Below are positions 1 to 11,033 of a DNA stretch of 34,214 bases, piece by piece. This DNA is from Thraustochytrium aureum (Eukaryota). The stretch spans positions 25,586 to 59,799 of the forward strand of contig BLSG01000349.1 in assembly GCA_012862495.1 (NCBI GenBank). The letters run 5' to 3'. Numbering within the stretch: the stretch's first letter is position 1; every line of letters starts with the position of its first letter. Position numbers and translations under genes: made by a program. The notes under the pieces were generated by a model. It searched no databases. It was not told where the DNA came from and saw only the letters and a program-made list of their open reading frames with translations.

Positions 1-625
1 GAGCGAACAGAGGGAACACAGGGAGAACGCAAGCAAGTTCCTCTTCTCGGTAGTACGTAGGTGGTAGTGGAGTAATGGCTGGCTTCCCTCAGGCTGGGAG
101 GAGGAGGAAACGATCACAATCTGGCGAGGAGCGTCCCTCCAGTCCATCGCAACGCCACGCTGCTGCGAACTCGAAGAACGGGCTTGACGCGTTGTCCCGC
201 CCGCCTGCCCGCCGCCCGCTCCAGCACGCCGAGGCGCGGCGGCTCGGCTTGGGACTGCGCAGGTTGATTCAAATCTTCATTCATCCATCCACGGTCGCGC
301 CCGAGTTGGCTTCCGAACCGCGGTTTCTTCATCCGCGAAAAGAAGAAGAAAAGGGTCAAAATGCCGAATGAAACGGAGAACTACTACCCTCTGGCTAGCT
401 GGCTAGCGAGAGTACCTCCTCAGTCAGGAGTACGTTCCTCACGCGGCCGGTGCGGTGTTTGCTCGGCGTCCGTTCTGATGGCTTTTCTTGAGCGAGTCGA
501 GGCGAGAACGGTGCGGTTTTGCTTGAGGATCGGTGGGATGCGCCGCGCCTCGCCTGTCTGAGTCTGTCTTCCTCCAACTCGCCCAAATCCCCATTCAACG
601 ACTTGGAAAGCCCAACATTTGAATT

Positions 626-713
626 TTTTACTCAATTTTCGATTTTTTCGATTTTTTCAACTTTTTCAACTTTTTCAACTTTTCGAAGCCTTTTTCGAAG
701 CCTTTTTTCGTTC
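626..713. repeat. T-rich imperfect tandem repeat (TTTTTCAAC / TTTTTCGAAGCC units)
   Basis: Visible ttttttcaac tttttcaac tttttcaac ttttcgaagcc tttttcgaagcc just upstream of the ATG at 738. Confidence 0.8.
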
Positions 714-737
714 GATTCATTTGCTTTTCAACCATAA

Positions 738-3674
738 ATGCTTCAAGAGATAGCCAGAAACAGCGGAGCCCAGCCAGCCAGCCAGCATCTCGAGAAGAGG
801 CATCAGATAGGCGGCGGCGCGCCCGAGCAGCAGACAGAAAGAGGCGCAGCAGCAGCAGGCGGTCCGCAGGCGCTCGCGCAGGCAGCCAGCCACGCAGGCA
901 GCCAAGCGGGCAGGCACGCAGGCAGGCACGCAGGCAGGCAGGCAGGCAGGCAGGCAGGCGCNNNNNNNNNNNNNNNNNNNNNNNNNNNNNNNNNNNNNNN
1001 NNNNNNNNNNNNNNNNNNNNNNNNNNNNNNNNNNNNNNNNNNNNNNNNNNNNNNNNNNNNNNNNNNNNNNNNNNNNNNNNNNNNNNNNNNNNNNNNNNNN
1101 NNNNNNNNNNNNNNNNNNNNNNNNNNNNNNNNNNNNNNNNNNNNNNAAGCAGGCGAAACGGGGTGCCGCTGGAGGGCCCGGGCAGCGCTCGACGATGGTC
1201 GAGTTTCCGACGACGAAGGCGCAGCTGCTGAGGCGGACGCGAGCGAAGAGCAGGCCAAGGAGAGCCTGGCAGGCTGGGGGGGCGCGCGTGCCAATCGAGG
1301 CGGCGCCATCGCGAGCCCGCGGAAGACCGTGCCTGGACTCGCGAAGGCCGACGAGGGTCTCGCCAGAGTCGGGGCGCCAAGCAGCAGAACACTGTTTAAG
1401 ATGGCGAAGCTCGAGATCTGCGAGCCCATCGACGAGAGCGTCGCGCCCCGCGTGAAACACCTGCCCGCGCGGCGGACCGTCAGCGAGAACCCGCGCAACA
1501 GCGTTGACGTCGTGGACCTCGCCACTTTGCACGTTCTGAGGATGAGTGACCTGCTGTGCGAGCCAGGCGGCAAGCGCCACTCGCGACGCCACTCGGGCGG
1601 CGCCTTCCTCCTAAACGGCGATCACAAGCGGCACGCCAACGGCAGCGGCTGGTTCACGCGCAAGAGCTCGGAGAACAAACGCCCCAACACATCCAACGCG
1701 AAGGGGCGCGGCCGGAAGCACAACCGGACCTCGTCCTCGGGCCTTTTCTCAACATTTTCGGGTTCTGCCCACTCGCGCGGCTTGAGTACAGACAGCATCG
1801 TTTCAGCGTCTTCCGCTTCGACACCGTCAAGCGCACGCGGACTGAGCACAGACAGCGCCCCGTCGGTGGGCTCAGCGTCAACGCCGTTCAGCGCAAGGTC
1901 ACTGTCCTCCGGTGGGGCCTCGCTCGCGTCCTTTTCTGGGTGGGACAGCGCAGAGCCCAGAGTGTTCGCCACAGGGACTTCCAAGAGCCCAAGAACGACG
2001 ATGCTGAGCCCCTCGCAACTTGGCCCCCCGACGCCGCCGAGCGGGGCGCGCAGCAGCTTTAGCGGCATCACCTTGCTCGCCGCGCCGCACCCGGAAGGTG
2101 GGGCGCGAGGAACCTTGCGGCGCGCCCACTCGGGCGGCGCAGAACAAGGCGCCCCTCAGCCCCTGTCGCAAGCCGAGGTGGTCACCGCTGACGAACCGCG
2201 CGGCGTCTGGCCGCGCAACTGGTTCTTCACCAAGACGCACAAAAAGACGCTCAAGGAGTGCCAGCTCGGCAAGCTCGTCTACCTGATGACCTGGTACCCG
2301 CAGTACGCCATCACGATGCTCACCTCCACCTCTGCCAGCCACACGCTGCGCAAGCAGCTCTGCAACGTGCTCGTCGCCAAGCTTCTCCGGGAGGCGGATC
2401 CGCCTGCAGCGCAGCCCGCCCTCGCGCCCAAGCTCGCCCTCGACATCATCTTTTGGAACGTGCTGTGCGACGAATTCGCCATCGAAAAGTCGCCGCTCGG
2501 CGGCAACACCCCTGCTGCGCACTTGCTCTCCAACTACGTCGCAGAGCACGCCTGTCGACAAGCCTTTGAGCGGATTCTGGGGCCCACGCTCGAACCCGTT
2601 CGGGGCGAGGCCTTCAAAGCCTACGCAGGGCAGAGCGATGCGCAGCACAAGTCGCGCGCAGCCCAAGTTGCTACCAGCATGATGGACGTGCTGGTAGCCG
2701 CCGACCTGTCCGCCTTTCCCGCTCGCCTCCTGGAGCTCTGCAGCCAGATCAAGCTGCTCGCCACCGAGGGCAAAGAGGTCGCTGTGGTGGGCGGCTACTT
2801 TTTTGTACTTCGCTACCTCGCGCCGGTGCTGACCGCAAACTCTGCCGACTCGCGCAACGCAATCCTCACGCACGTAGCGCGCCTCTTGCAGGCGCTCTGC
2901 AAAGCCAGCCAGGCCCAAACAGAAGAGTGCGAGGTCTCGCGCAAGTTCGTCAACGAGAACCGCGACAAAATGCACCATCTCATCCGCCGCCTCTGCAGCG
3001 AGCGCGTCCTCGCGCGCACGCACGACGAGATGAACCAACGCATCCAGTGCTCTGAGCTCTTGCTCGACGTCGAGCGTTGCGTTGCTCAGCCCGCATTCGA
3101 CCCCGCCAACGAGGCGCAGCGTCCGGACATTGTGCTCTCCACCACGGACGTCTGCGTGCTCGTTCAGGCCGCCCTAGAGCTGTCCGTGTCCCCTCTCGAG
3201 CACTGCAGAGAAGCGCGCGCTCTGCGCGTATGTCAACCCGTTGCGACCCATTTTGGAATCGCTCGTCAACGACCCGCGCTTCACAAAGGGCAGCTGCATA
3301 TGTCTGCAACCGACCTGGACCTTTGCTCCGCCGCTTGTGCTTCAGCACCGGCGGCGAGCGCCAGAGGCCGCCAGTTCGCGCCGCCACCGCCGAAGGAGCT
3401 CGCGTTTTCCTCCGCATCAGCTGACTCTGCCTCAGATCTTGGAGGGGACTCAGGCGCGGTCTCGCAAGCGGACGAGAACACTCTGCGCTGCACTCTCGCT
3501 GGGCTCCGGGCCAACCTCGCCGAGAGGCTCGGCCATGCGCTCGACGTTGGCGTCGACGAGACCGTTGGCACTCGTGCGACTGCCGCGCCGCCGCTGCCGC
3601 GTGTAGCGCGCCAGACCGTGTTTGATCGGGCCGACCCTCTCGCCGAAGTTCAACTGGCTCTGGCCTCCGCTTGA
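738..3674 (+). CDS. RasGAP-domain protein with long low-complexity N-terminus; arginine finger apparently lost
   Basis: C-terminal half has RasGAP hallmarks: SPLGGNTPAAHLLSNY (cf. NF1 TLFRGNSLASK), ERILGPTL, FPARLLELCSQI, VVGGYFFVLRYLAPVL (FLR signature), LTHVARLLQAL. Start uncertain: the ORF crosses the gap 962-1146; an alternative ATG lies at 1401. Confidence 0.7.
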   Translation: MLQEIARNSGAQPASQHLEKRHQIGGGAPEQQTERGAAAAGGPQALAQAASHAGSQAGRHAGRHAGRQAGRQAGXXXXXXXXXXXXXXXXXXXXXXXXXXXXXXXXXXXXXXXXXXXXXXXXXXXXXXXXXXXXXXXAGETGCRWRARAALDDGRVSDDEGAAAEADASEEQAKESLAGWGGARANRGGAIASPRKTVPGLAKADEGLARVGAPSSRTLFKMAKLEICEPIDESVAPRVKHLPARRTVSENPRNSVDVVDLATLHVLRMSDLLCEPGGKRHSRRHSGGAFLLNGDHKRHANGSGWFTRKSSENKRPNTSNAKGRGRKHNRTSSSGLFSTFSGSAHSRGLSTDSIVSASSASTPSSARGLSTDSAPSVGSASTPFSARSLSSGGASLASFSGWDSAEPRVFATGTSKSPRTTMLSPSQLGPPTPPSGARSSFSGITLLAAPHPEGGARGTLRRAHSGGAEQGAPQPLSQAEVVTADEPRGVWPRNWFFTKTHKKTLKECQLGKLVYLMTWYPQYAITMLTSTSASHTLRKQLCNVLVAKLLREADPPAAQPALAPKLALDIIFWNVLCDEFAIEKSPLGGNTPAAHLLSNYVAEHACRQAFERILGPTLEPVRGEAFKAYAGQSDAQHKSRAAQVATSMMDVLVAADLSAFPARLLELCSQIKLLATEGKEVAVVGGYFFVLRYLAPVLTANSADSRNAILTHVARLLQALCKASQAQTEECEVSRKFVNENRDKMHHLIRRLCSERVLARTHDEMNQRIQCSELLLDVERCVAQPAFDPANEAQRPDIVLSTTDVCVLVQAALELSVSPLEHCREARALRVCQPVATHFGIARQRPALHKGQLHMSATDLDLCSAACASAPAASARGRQFAPPPPKELAFSSASADSASDLGGDSGAVSQADENTLRCTLAGLRANLAERLGHALDVGVDETVGTRATAAPPLPRVARQTVFDRADPLAEVQLALASA
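879..961. repeat. GGCA microsatellite-like tract running into an assembly gap
   Basis: gcaggcaggcacgcaggcaggca ggcaggcagg caggcaggcg immediately before the N-run. Confidence 0.85.
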
Positions 3675-4230
3675 CGCGCTCGGGTCCGCCTATTGCGACG
3701 CTGCTGCGTGGAGAGGCGCGTTGCTTGCCGGGCAGGGCACTTGCTTGTTATTTCCCTCATTGTTTTTTTATTCATTGGGNNNNNNNNNNNNNNNNNNNNN
3801 NNNNNNNNNNNNNNNNNNNNNNNNNNNNNNNNNNNNNNNNNNNNNNNNNNNNNNNNNNNNNNNNNNNNNNNNNNNNNNNNNNNNNNNNNNNNNNNNNNNN
3901 NNNNNNNNNTTTGCGCTCCTTGGGTCCTTGGGCCGGCCATCGCCGCCCCGGACGGGCGGCAGCCGCCGCAACGCGATGCTTCGCCGTCCCTGCCGTTTCG
4001 AAACGCTTGAGCGCAAATCAAGCGCTTTGTCGGTTGTCGCGCGCCCCAAGACTGCCTCGTACGTAGTCCGCTTTCGGCTAGGTACCGAAGGTGAGGGCAA
4101 CAATGTAACTAAGTAGGTACACCCGCAGCAGCAGCGCCTGCGCATGGCATGGAAGAGCCAGCTTTCTTTCCAAGAACCGGCATCCAGAAGGCAAGTTGGT
4201 AGCAACAGCAAAATACCCCTTAGCTCCCTC

Positions 4231-5317
4231 CTACAACTCCTCGCCAAACATGCTCTCAAAGGGCTCCGGAGCTGGGTAGTACGGCTCGCCAGACGCCGCA
4301 TAGTCCTCGTACGAGTCCCGGCGGTCCGCGCCATAGCCTCCGCGGCGCCTGGAACGGAGACCTTCGTCGCCCCCAGCGTAGCTCGAGCGCTTGAGCGCAC
4401 CAAGGAACGCGTCGCGGTCGGCCCCATCCGCGGTCTGCAGGCCCACTCTCCGCTGCACAAACGTGCGGATCGTCTCCATCTCTGCCTCGGACATGCCGTG
4501 TTCGATCGACTTGGACATGCCCGGGTTGTACTTGGGCCGCGCAGCCAGCATTCCCATTCCACCCAGCATCACCATCCCAAGAAACCGCGGAAAGTCGACG
4601 CTAAAGATTTGTGAAGCCACGTAGAGCCCAACACCAATGCTTGAAAACATCACCAGGCTGTTGCCCCAGAACGAAAGCTGCGCTTCTATCATCTGTTGCC
4701 GCTCTGTCAGCGGCTCGACGTCGTCCTCCTCCATGCCTTCGCCTTTGTCAAACCTGACGCCACCCGGATGCGTCCGCCTCGGCGCGTTAGGGTCGCTCGG
4801 GTTGCTGCCACTTTCGCTTCCGCCAAGGCCGCGAAGCCCGTCGTCCTCAGCAAACATGTCACTTTCTTCCTCGTCGTCCTCGTCGTCCTCGTCGTCGCTC
4901 TCCTCACCTTCGTCGTTTGTGTAGTCGTCTCCGTCCTCATCGTCTTCGAGCGCTTGACTGCCGTACTCGGCTTGATCGCTTCCCCCGCGCCCGTCGTCCC
5001 TGAGCAGCGAGTCGATGCTCTCGTCTGCGTCCGGTCTGCCCTGCCGCGCTGCCCGACCTGGCGCCCGTTCAGCCCCGCCAGCGCCTGCCTCCTCCCGTAG
5101 GTCACTTTCCCCGCTTGAATACTCGAGAAGGCCTTCCGAATCATCGCCTTCATCATCGCCTTCATCATGCAGGCCAGCGCCTTCTGCCGCGCTAGCGCCA
5201 CGTCCGCGAGGTCCGGCACCTCCGCGAGCCGCAGCAGCGCCTTCAAGCTGGTTCACCTGGTTGAGCGTGATATCCAGCCCAAGCAGATCGTCTGCAGCCA
5301 GCGCCGCATCAGCTCGG
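4231..5317 (-). CDS. Hypothetical protein with Asp/Glu-rich tract and two predicted TM helices (5' end probably in gap)
   Basis: Long open frame with acidic tract (EDDEDGDDYTNDEGEESDDEDDEDDEEESD) and hydrophobic segments SLVMFSSIGVGLYVASQIF and FLGMVMLGGMGMLAA; stop at 4231. Sequence beyond the gap (5523-6030) does not look coding. Confidence 0.65.
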
Positions 5318-5719
5318 NNNNNNNNNNNNNNNNNNNNNNNNNNNNNNNNNNNNNNNNNNNNNNNNNNNNNNNNNNNNNNNNNNNNNNNNNNNNNNNNNNN
5401 NNNNNNNNNNNNNNNNNNNNNNNNNNNNNNNNNNNNNNNNNNNNNNNNNNNNNNNNNNNNNNNNNNNNNNNNNNNNNNNNNNNNNNNNNNNNNNNNNNNN
5501 NNNNNNNNNNNNNNNNNNNNNNCCCCCAATCCCCGCTCAAAATCCCGCCAACCCGCGGCAAGGGACGCCGAGCACAGCGCCGAGCTCGCCGTGACCTGCG
5601 CCCCGCGCGGCGAATACTCGCCCGCGCTCGTAGCCGCGTACCGGCGCACCGAGGCCGCGCGAGCCGTCGCGAGCGTCCGCCCCGTAGCGTGCCTGCAGAG
5701 GCATTGGCCCCGCTGGGAC

Positions 5720-5747
5720 GGCCAAAATGGCCAAAATGGCCAAAATG
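5720..5747. repeat. GGCCAAAAT x3 tandem repeat
   Basis: g gccaaaatgg ccaaaatggc caaaatg. Confidence 0.8.
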
Positions 5748-6536
5748 TCGAGCGTGGAGCCAAAACGTCGAGCGTGCAGCCGTCGCACGGAGGCGCGCTG
5801 CGGCGATGCGCTGGTTGTACGCGCAGATAGACGGGGTTGGCGGCGCGACAGCGCTGGGCTGGTTTCGGTTGGCCGTGGGTTGGCGCGTGGATCGGGCGGA
5901 TTTTGCGCGCACGATGGACGGAGCGGTGTCGCTCGGAGCTCGCGGTGAGCGCAGCGAGCGCTAGCCCGGCGGCGCAGAAGCTTACTTCTCTAGAGTGGAC
6001 TGCGCCGGGGTTGCGTGGGTGGAGAGGCACTGGTGGACGCCGAGGAGGCCGGCCGCGCCAGGAGGGTCATCTGCGAGGGTGGACGCGACGCCACGCTGGG
6101 CGGCCCGGGGCGGCGCAAGGGCAGAGCATTCAAGCGGCGCGTGGAGCAGCAGGCAACTGGCTGCAGGCCCGACGGCTGCCGAGCAAAGGCGGTGGGGCTC
6201 GCCTCGCGCGCTCTCTCGTACCGCTAGCGGTGGGGTTTAGTGCTGGGTTGGTGTTTTAACGGATCGTTTCCTTCCCCACCAGACGACAACGATGAGAAAA
6301 GCGACCGCCTCGAGACGCCCGCCGACACCCGGGCCACTTCCTTTCCCCGATTATGAGGTCGTATTTGCTACAAGCGAACTCCAGGCCAGATGCAAAAGAA
6401 TCACGAGTTGCTACTGAATACGTGCTCAAAATGAAGTCTCAACGGATTTGCATTGCGTGCAAGTCGCGCAAGCAGCGCGCAGGACGAGCGCAGCACCCAG
6501 TGCCCGAAGGCTGCGACTCGAAATCGCGTGCGCCGG

Positions 6537-8192
6537 ATGGGACCGCCATGGGAGACGCTGGCCGTGGTCAAGCAGTCCGCGGCGCTGACGTTTGAGGTTC
6601 TCGCCTACTCCGTCTTGGGGCTGGCCTCCTTCCTGCTTTTCTGGATTCCGCGCAGGTTTTCACCGCTTGATGCGCCATATAGAGTCAATACGGCAGATAT
6701 GGAGCCCGTCATCGCATACAATGAAACGAACGGCGCCCTGGAGGAGCTCCTTTTGCTCCACCTCAACTTTGACGTGATCTTCTTCCCGTACGTTCCCATC
6801 TGCGTCGCTTTGTACCTGAACCTGCGATTCAGGCAGCTCATCGTTCCCCTTCTCGCCGCCTTTTCCGGATACGTCGTCTTTGCGATACTCCGCCGTCTCT
6901 ACAGCACGGACAGCGTTGCCGCCAAAGGAACGGTTGCCCTTCCCGTCGCGATGTTTGTGATGTCTCTTCGCGGCCTTTCGCTTCCATCCGACTCGCACGT
7001 CCCAAGACACTCGATGTACCAGTTTCTCGTCCTCGTTGTTGGAGTCGTCTTCGTGAGCATCCTCAACAGCGTTGATGCCCGGGAGCCGAAAGTACAAATC
7101 TTCCTCGTCTGTGTTGGGTTTCCCTTTACGCGTGAAATTTCTTACGCGCTGGTTCGGCGCAGCGCGCGATATCTCACCTTGAGCGCCACGGTCGGGGGTA
7201 CAGGGTAAGTGGTCTCGCCTTTCGGTTTGCGTCCGCCGCGCCGACTCGCTAACTTGTGCGGTGCGCACTTCAACAGAATCACTGTGCGCCGCGAGTTCGT
7301 ATGGGGCTTTTTCCTGTGGATCCAGGCCACGTATTCTCTGCTTGTGCGTTTGTTTTTCACGCGCATTGATGACCCGAATGTTATGGTCCTTGTCACCGTT
7401 TTCCAAGCCGTGATGGAAATCGTGATGCGGATAACCCTTCACAAGCGCGATGCTGGCCTCCAAAAAGCAGCAGCGCTTGTCAAGAATACCATGAGTCTAT
7501 CTGCAATATCCCCTGGCCTCAACATCAGCGGGAAGTTACCGAACACTAAACCTGAGCTCATGCGCGCCGGAACGGTGCTGGTGACCCCTACAAGCGGGGC
7601 TGGCGCTCTGCACTTCGGGACGTGTGTTCAACCCAGCCTTCCTGACGTCGAAAGCGCAGGCTCGGCTCTCGGGGACGAGTCGCACGAGGGACGGCAGCGA
7701 CCGATGGACGCCACGCACACCTTCACCGCGATGCTCGTGCTCGGCGAGATGGTTACCGAGTTCACTTCGATTCTTGCGGCGCCCTTGATCTTAATCCTCT
7801 ATGGCGACGCCAAGCTCCAGATCCCGTTCGACTACTACAATGTGCTCGACAAACCTTTCGATCAGCCTATTGACAGTGTTGCTCTCATACGCTGGGCTTT
7901 TGGCCAGCTCGTGACCGAGCTATTTGTTGACACGCTTTGCTCCGTTTACGAGCGGATGCACGGCCTGCCTCTAATTGAAGTGTGGAGGGGCAAGCACAGG
8001 ACCTATTTCGTCTTTATCTTCATCTTCGCATCGACGATTGCTGCAGTAAACGTTATGATAATCGTGGACGGCCGCGACGACCTTTCGAAATGCCATGCAC
8101 AGGACATGTGTGCTTGCGCGAGAGGAAACGGGCTTCAGCCGCAAGGGCTCCGCGAGCGGTACTGCAGCTATACCAACTTTTCGAGATACTAG
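6537..8192 (+). CDS. Uncharacterised polytopic membrane protein; exons 6537-7204 and 7277-8192
   Basis: Two same-frame hydrophobic ORFs joined by a 72-nt intron whose removal gives ...GGTG/ITVRREF...; about 10-12 hydrophobic helices and a Cys-rich C-terminus (CHAQDMCAC...RYC). Confidence 0.8.
7205..7276 (+). other. Spliceosomal intron (72 nt)
   Basis: GTAAGT donor at 7205, GCTAAC branch site near 7248, CAACAG acceptor ending 7276; it contains the in-frame TAA and its removal preserves frame. Confidence 0.85.
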
Positions 8193-8679
8193 CAAGCATG
8201 CAGACCAAGCGTTGGCAAGCCCGGCGCCTTAGAGGCGCTGGCCTCGCCATGATCTCGAGCGGACGGAGACTTTCGAATGCACCTCCATGCGCAATTTTTG
8301 ACTGCAAGGCGTTCCTTGCGCTTGCAATGTCCGTCGTGATGCTCGCGCAGCGTTCCTCGGTGAGCATGCTTGCGCGTCACCGCCGCCAGGACATTCTGAA
8401 CGGATTGCTGCTCTAGCAACGTCCACGTCGTCCAAACCTGCCGCGCAAAAAATAGCNNNNNNNNNNNNNNNNNNNNNNNNNNNNNNNNNNNNNNNNNNNN
8501 NNNNNNNNNNNNNNNNNNNNNNNNNNNNNNNNNNNNNNNNNNNNNNNNNNNNNNNNNNNNNNNNNNNNNNNNNNNNNNNNNNNNNNNNNNNNNNNNNNNN
8601 NNNNNNNNNNNNNNNNNNNNNNNNNNTTTTAAAATTAAGCGCCGTCCCCTCGTGCCAAGTGCATGTTTTGATTGTGTCG

Positions 8680-9139
8680 GGAATGGCGGACATCTACCGC
8701 AACATTTGCATTGGGAACCGGAAGAGACTTCCCGATGGACATCGGGCGCAGGAGCCCGTTCCTGCTATCCCTTTCCTCATCCGCGCAAGTTCGTGCCGCT
8801 GCGCCGCGGCGATTCGCGAAGCTAGAAAAAATCAACAAACACGCAGCTAATGTGTCGCTCTCCGGCAAGAACTTTCTACCCTTCGTGATCGAGGCCACTG
8901 GGAACTGGGGCACGCAGGCTTCAGCTCGGTTTTCTCCGGCTGCTTCACCACGGGGTTGCTTGGAGCAACTATTTCGATCCGAGGCTGGTGATCGTCAACA
9001 AGTCCGTCACGGACGTTTCGTGTCAACAGCGCAAGGCCACACTATTCGTCAGGCTCGTCAGCACCTTCAGACTTTTGGCCGCCAGTCTGGTATGGGACTC
9101 ACTCTAGCTAGTAGACTGGGGGCTCGACCGTTCGCGTAG
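8680..9139 (+). mobile_element. Degenerate 3' fragment of an RLE-type (CRE/R2-like) non-LTR retrotransposon
   Basis: GMADIY, then after a frameshift GRDFPMDIGRRSP...LEKINKH...GKNFLPFVIEATGNWGTQA, matching the RLE consensus PADI...D...DV...SP...E..K..KY...F.P.V.ET.G.WG..A. Confidence 0.65.
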
Positions 9140-10057
9140 TCAAACCCATTTTCCCCGTGGAGTATCACTGGTGCTAGTGGATGAAGAGCGCTCCAGAGGC
9201 CCGTGCGCCGCGGCAGAAGGCTTGGCGACCTCTAGATAGATAAAACCAGAGCGAATTCATTCAAGAATGGAAAAGGGATAAATGGAGAATGGCAAGCGTT
9301 GCAGGTTGCTTGCTGATACATGTCGACAAAACTCAGCCGCTCATTCTGCCCATCGCTGCGCAAGGCAACCTCTTCAGAGTCCCTCGCGTTTCCCAAAAGT
9401 TCGAGCCTGAGAATAGTTCAGAGCTGCGCAACCTGCCTTTCGGTTGCGAAATTCACAAAGCTGCGAGGTCTGGTTGTGTGGCTCAACGCGACAGATCCAA
9501 TGCTATGCGTTGAATTCAACGGACAGGATTATTGACGATCGAACTGGATTTCCTGACTTTTTCAAATGATAGAAGCGTTTAAATGTTGAATGTCAATTAT
9601 ACTTTCTTGAAAATGTCAACATGGAGAAGTTGCATGAAGCGTGGAAGCGGGCAAGCTTGTGAAAAGAAACAGTCGGTCAGCGGACTCATCATCTGCGGTC
9701 GATGGGCGAACGACTCCCTACTCTACCATGGCTCCAAAATTTTCAATGCGCGGTCCTGTTCGTCAACAAGCCGCTCTTAGACAAATCGGAGAGCAGCGCC
9801 AAACGGACATGTCGAATCTGTTCATCAACGCCGCCGCACAGAACAAGATCCGTTGGGCGTTTCAGGCTGCATTCGCCAACCACGCTCGAGCTTGAGCTAG
9901 TCCGCTTGTGCGGCTGTCGCTAGCAGCGTTGCCGCGCCGCGTCCAGAGCCCGAACCCCACTGAGCGAGCTCCAGCGCAAGGCCAGACACATACAAGCAAA
10001 CTTACAGGCGGCGCGACGGCGTTGAGGTCGACAAAGGGCACGAATAGACGAGCAAAC

Positions 10058-10861
10058 ATGGTCCTCGACAATCCGAAAGTGTTTTCGCTTCTCGAGACGC
10101 TGATCCCGTGGTCAAAGCACGATCCCTCGCAATCGAGCGGACGACATGCTTTTGTCAACGACCTCCTGAACAGCCGAGTCGGGAGCCTGCTGAACTGGCT
10201 TCCCTTCATTCTAGTCTCTGTTCTGGCGTGCCACGATGTGCAAATAGCGATTTGGAGCGGGTTTGGCATCCAAATGTTGCTGATCCTACTCAAGCTGTAC
10301 CAGTACACCGGCAACAAGCGTCTCAGTCCTGTGATGTGGCTGGATGCAGCCCTCGCGACGTCGTTTTTCTGCCAAGGCATTGTTTCCGAGACGACCACGC
10401 TTCAGTGCCACCTGATCAGCCCTATCAACGTCTCTGCCCTTCTAGTCGCTGCGATTGCCTCCCTTGCATTCGCGTCGCCTTTCACCGTTCAGTTTGCTCG
10501 GCGCAAGCCCGAGGTCACCGACGAGATGCTCGCGAGCCCCTTGTTCATTAAGCTTCACTACTCGGTAACTTCGGCGTGGGTGTTCATCTTTTCCCTCACC
10601 ACCGCCTCAGCGTGGCTCGGCTGGGCATACTTCAGTGACGACACCACGTCTGCAGGCCACATCATTCTGTCGACCGTCATCCCGATTGCGCTGCCGATTG
10701 GTGCCATCCAGGCGATGCCTCTAGTCGTTTCTTTCCTGCGGCAACGGTCAGGCAATAGTGCTCAGTACGAGCAAACGCAAGCCGAACAGCAACAAGACCA
10801 ACAAGAGCCGCCGACGGCCTCTCAGACACAAGCACCACCGACCTCCCTCTGCCAAGTCTGA
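10058..10861 (+). CDS. Membrane protein with about 6 TM helices, resembling a bacterial hypothetical family with PFTxQ(Y/F)AR...SPxF...T..W motif
   Basis: ATG at 10058, intronless; hydrophobic helices; SLAFASPFTVQFARRKPEVTDEMLASPLFIKLHYSVTSAW; Q/P-rich tail. Confidence 0.7.
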   Translation: MVLDNPKVFSLLETLIPWSKHDPSQSSGRHAFVNDLLNSRVGSLLNWLPFILVSVLACHDVQIAIWSGFGIQMLLILLKLYQYTGNKRLSPVMWLDAALATSFFCQGIVSETTTLQCHLISPINVSALLVAAIASLAFASPFTVQFARRKPEVTDEMLASPLFIKLHYSVTSAWVFIFSLTTASAWLGWAYFSDDTTSAGHIILSTVIPIALPIGAIQAMPLVVSFLRQRSGNSAQYEQTQAEQQQDQQEPPTASQTQAPPTSLCQV

Positions 10862-11010
10862 GGTCGTCCCCGTGGAAGACTAAAGCGCGCACGCCTCGGT
10901 AGACTCGCCAACTGATGGGTCGCAGTGCTCACCATGTCCCACACTGCACGAGCTGCCCATCGCTTCACCCAACGCCGGATTACCACGCAAGTTCAAATTT
11001 CTCCATTGAA

Positions 11011-11033
11011 ATCAATCAATCAATCAATCAATC
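11011..11033. repeat. (ATCA)n microsatellite
   Basis: atcaatcaat caatcaatca atc. Confidence 0.9.

Noticed and set aside
9700..9780. LLYHGS motif resembling a PARP catalytic loop
   Set aside because: Short ORF stops soon after; no downstream G.G.YF or catalytic Glu motifs.
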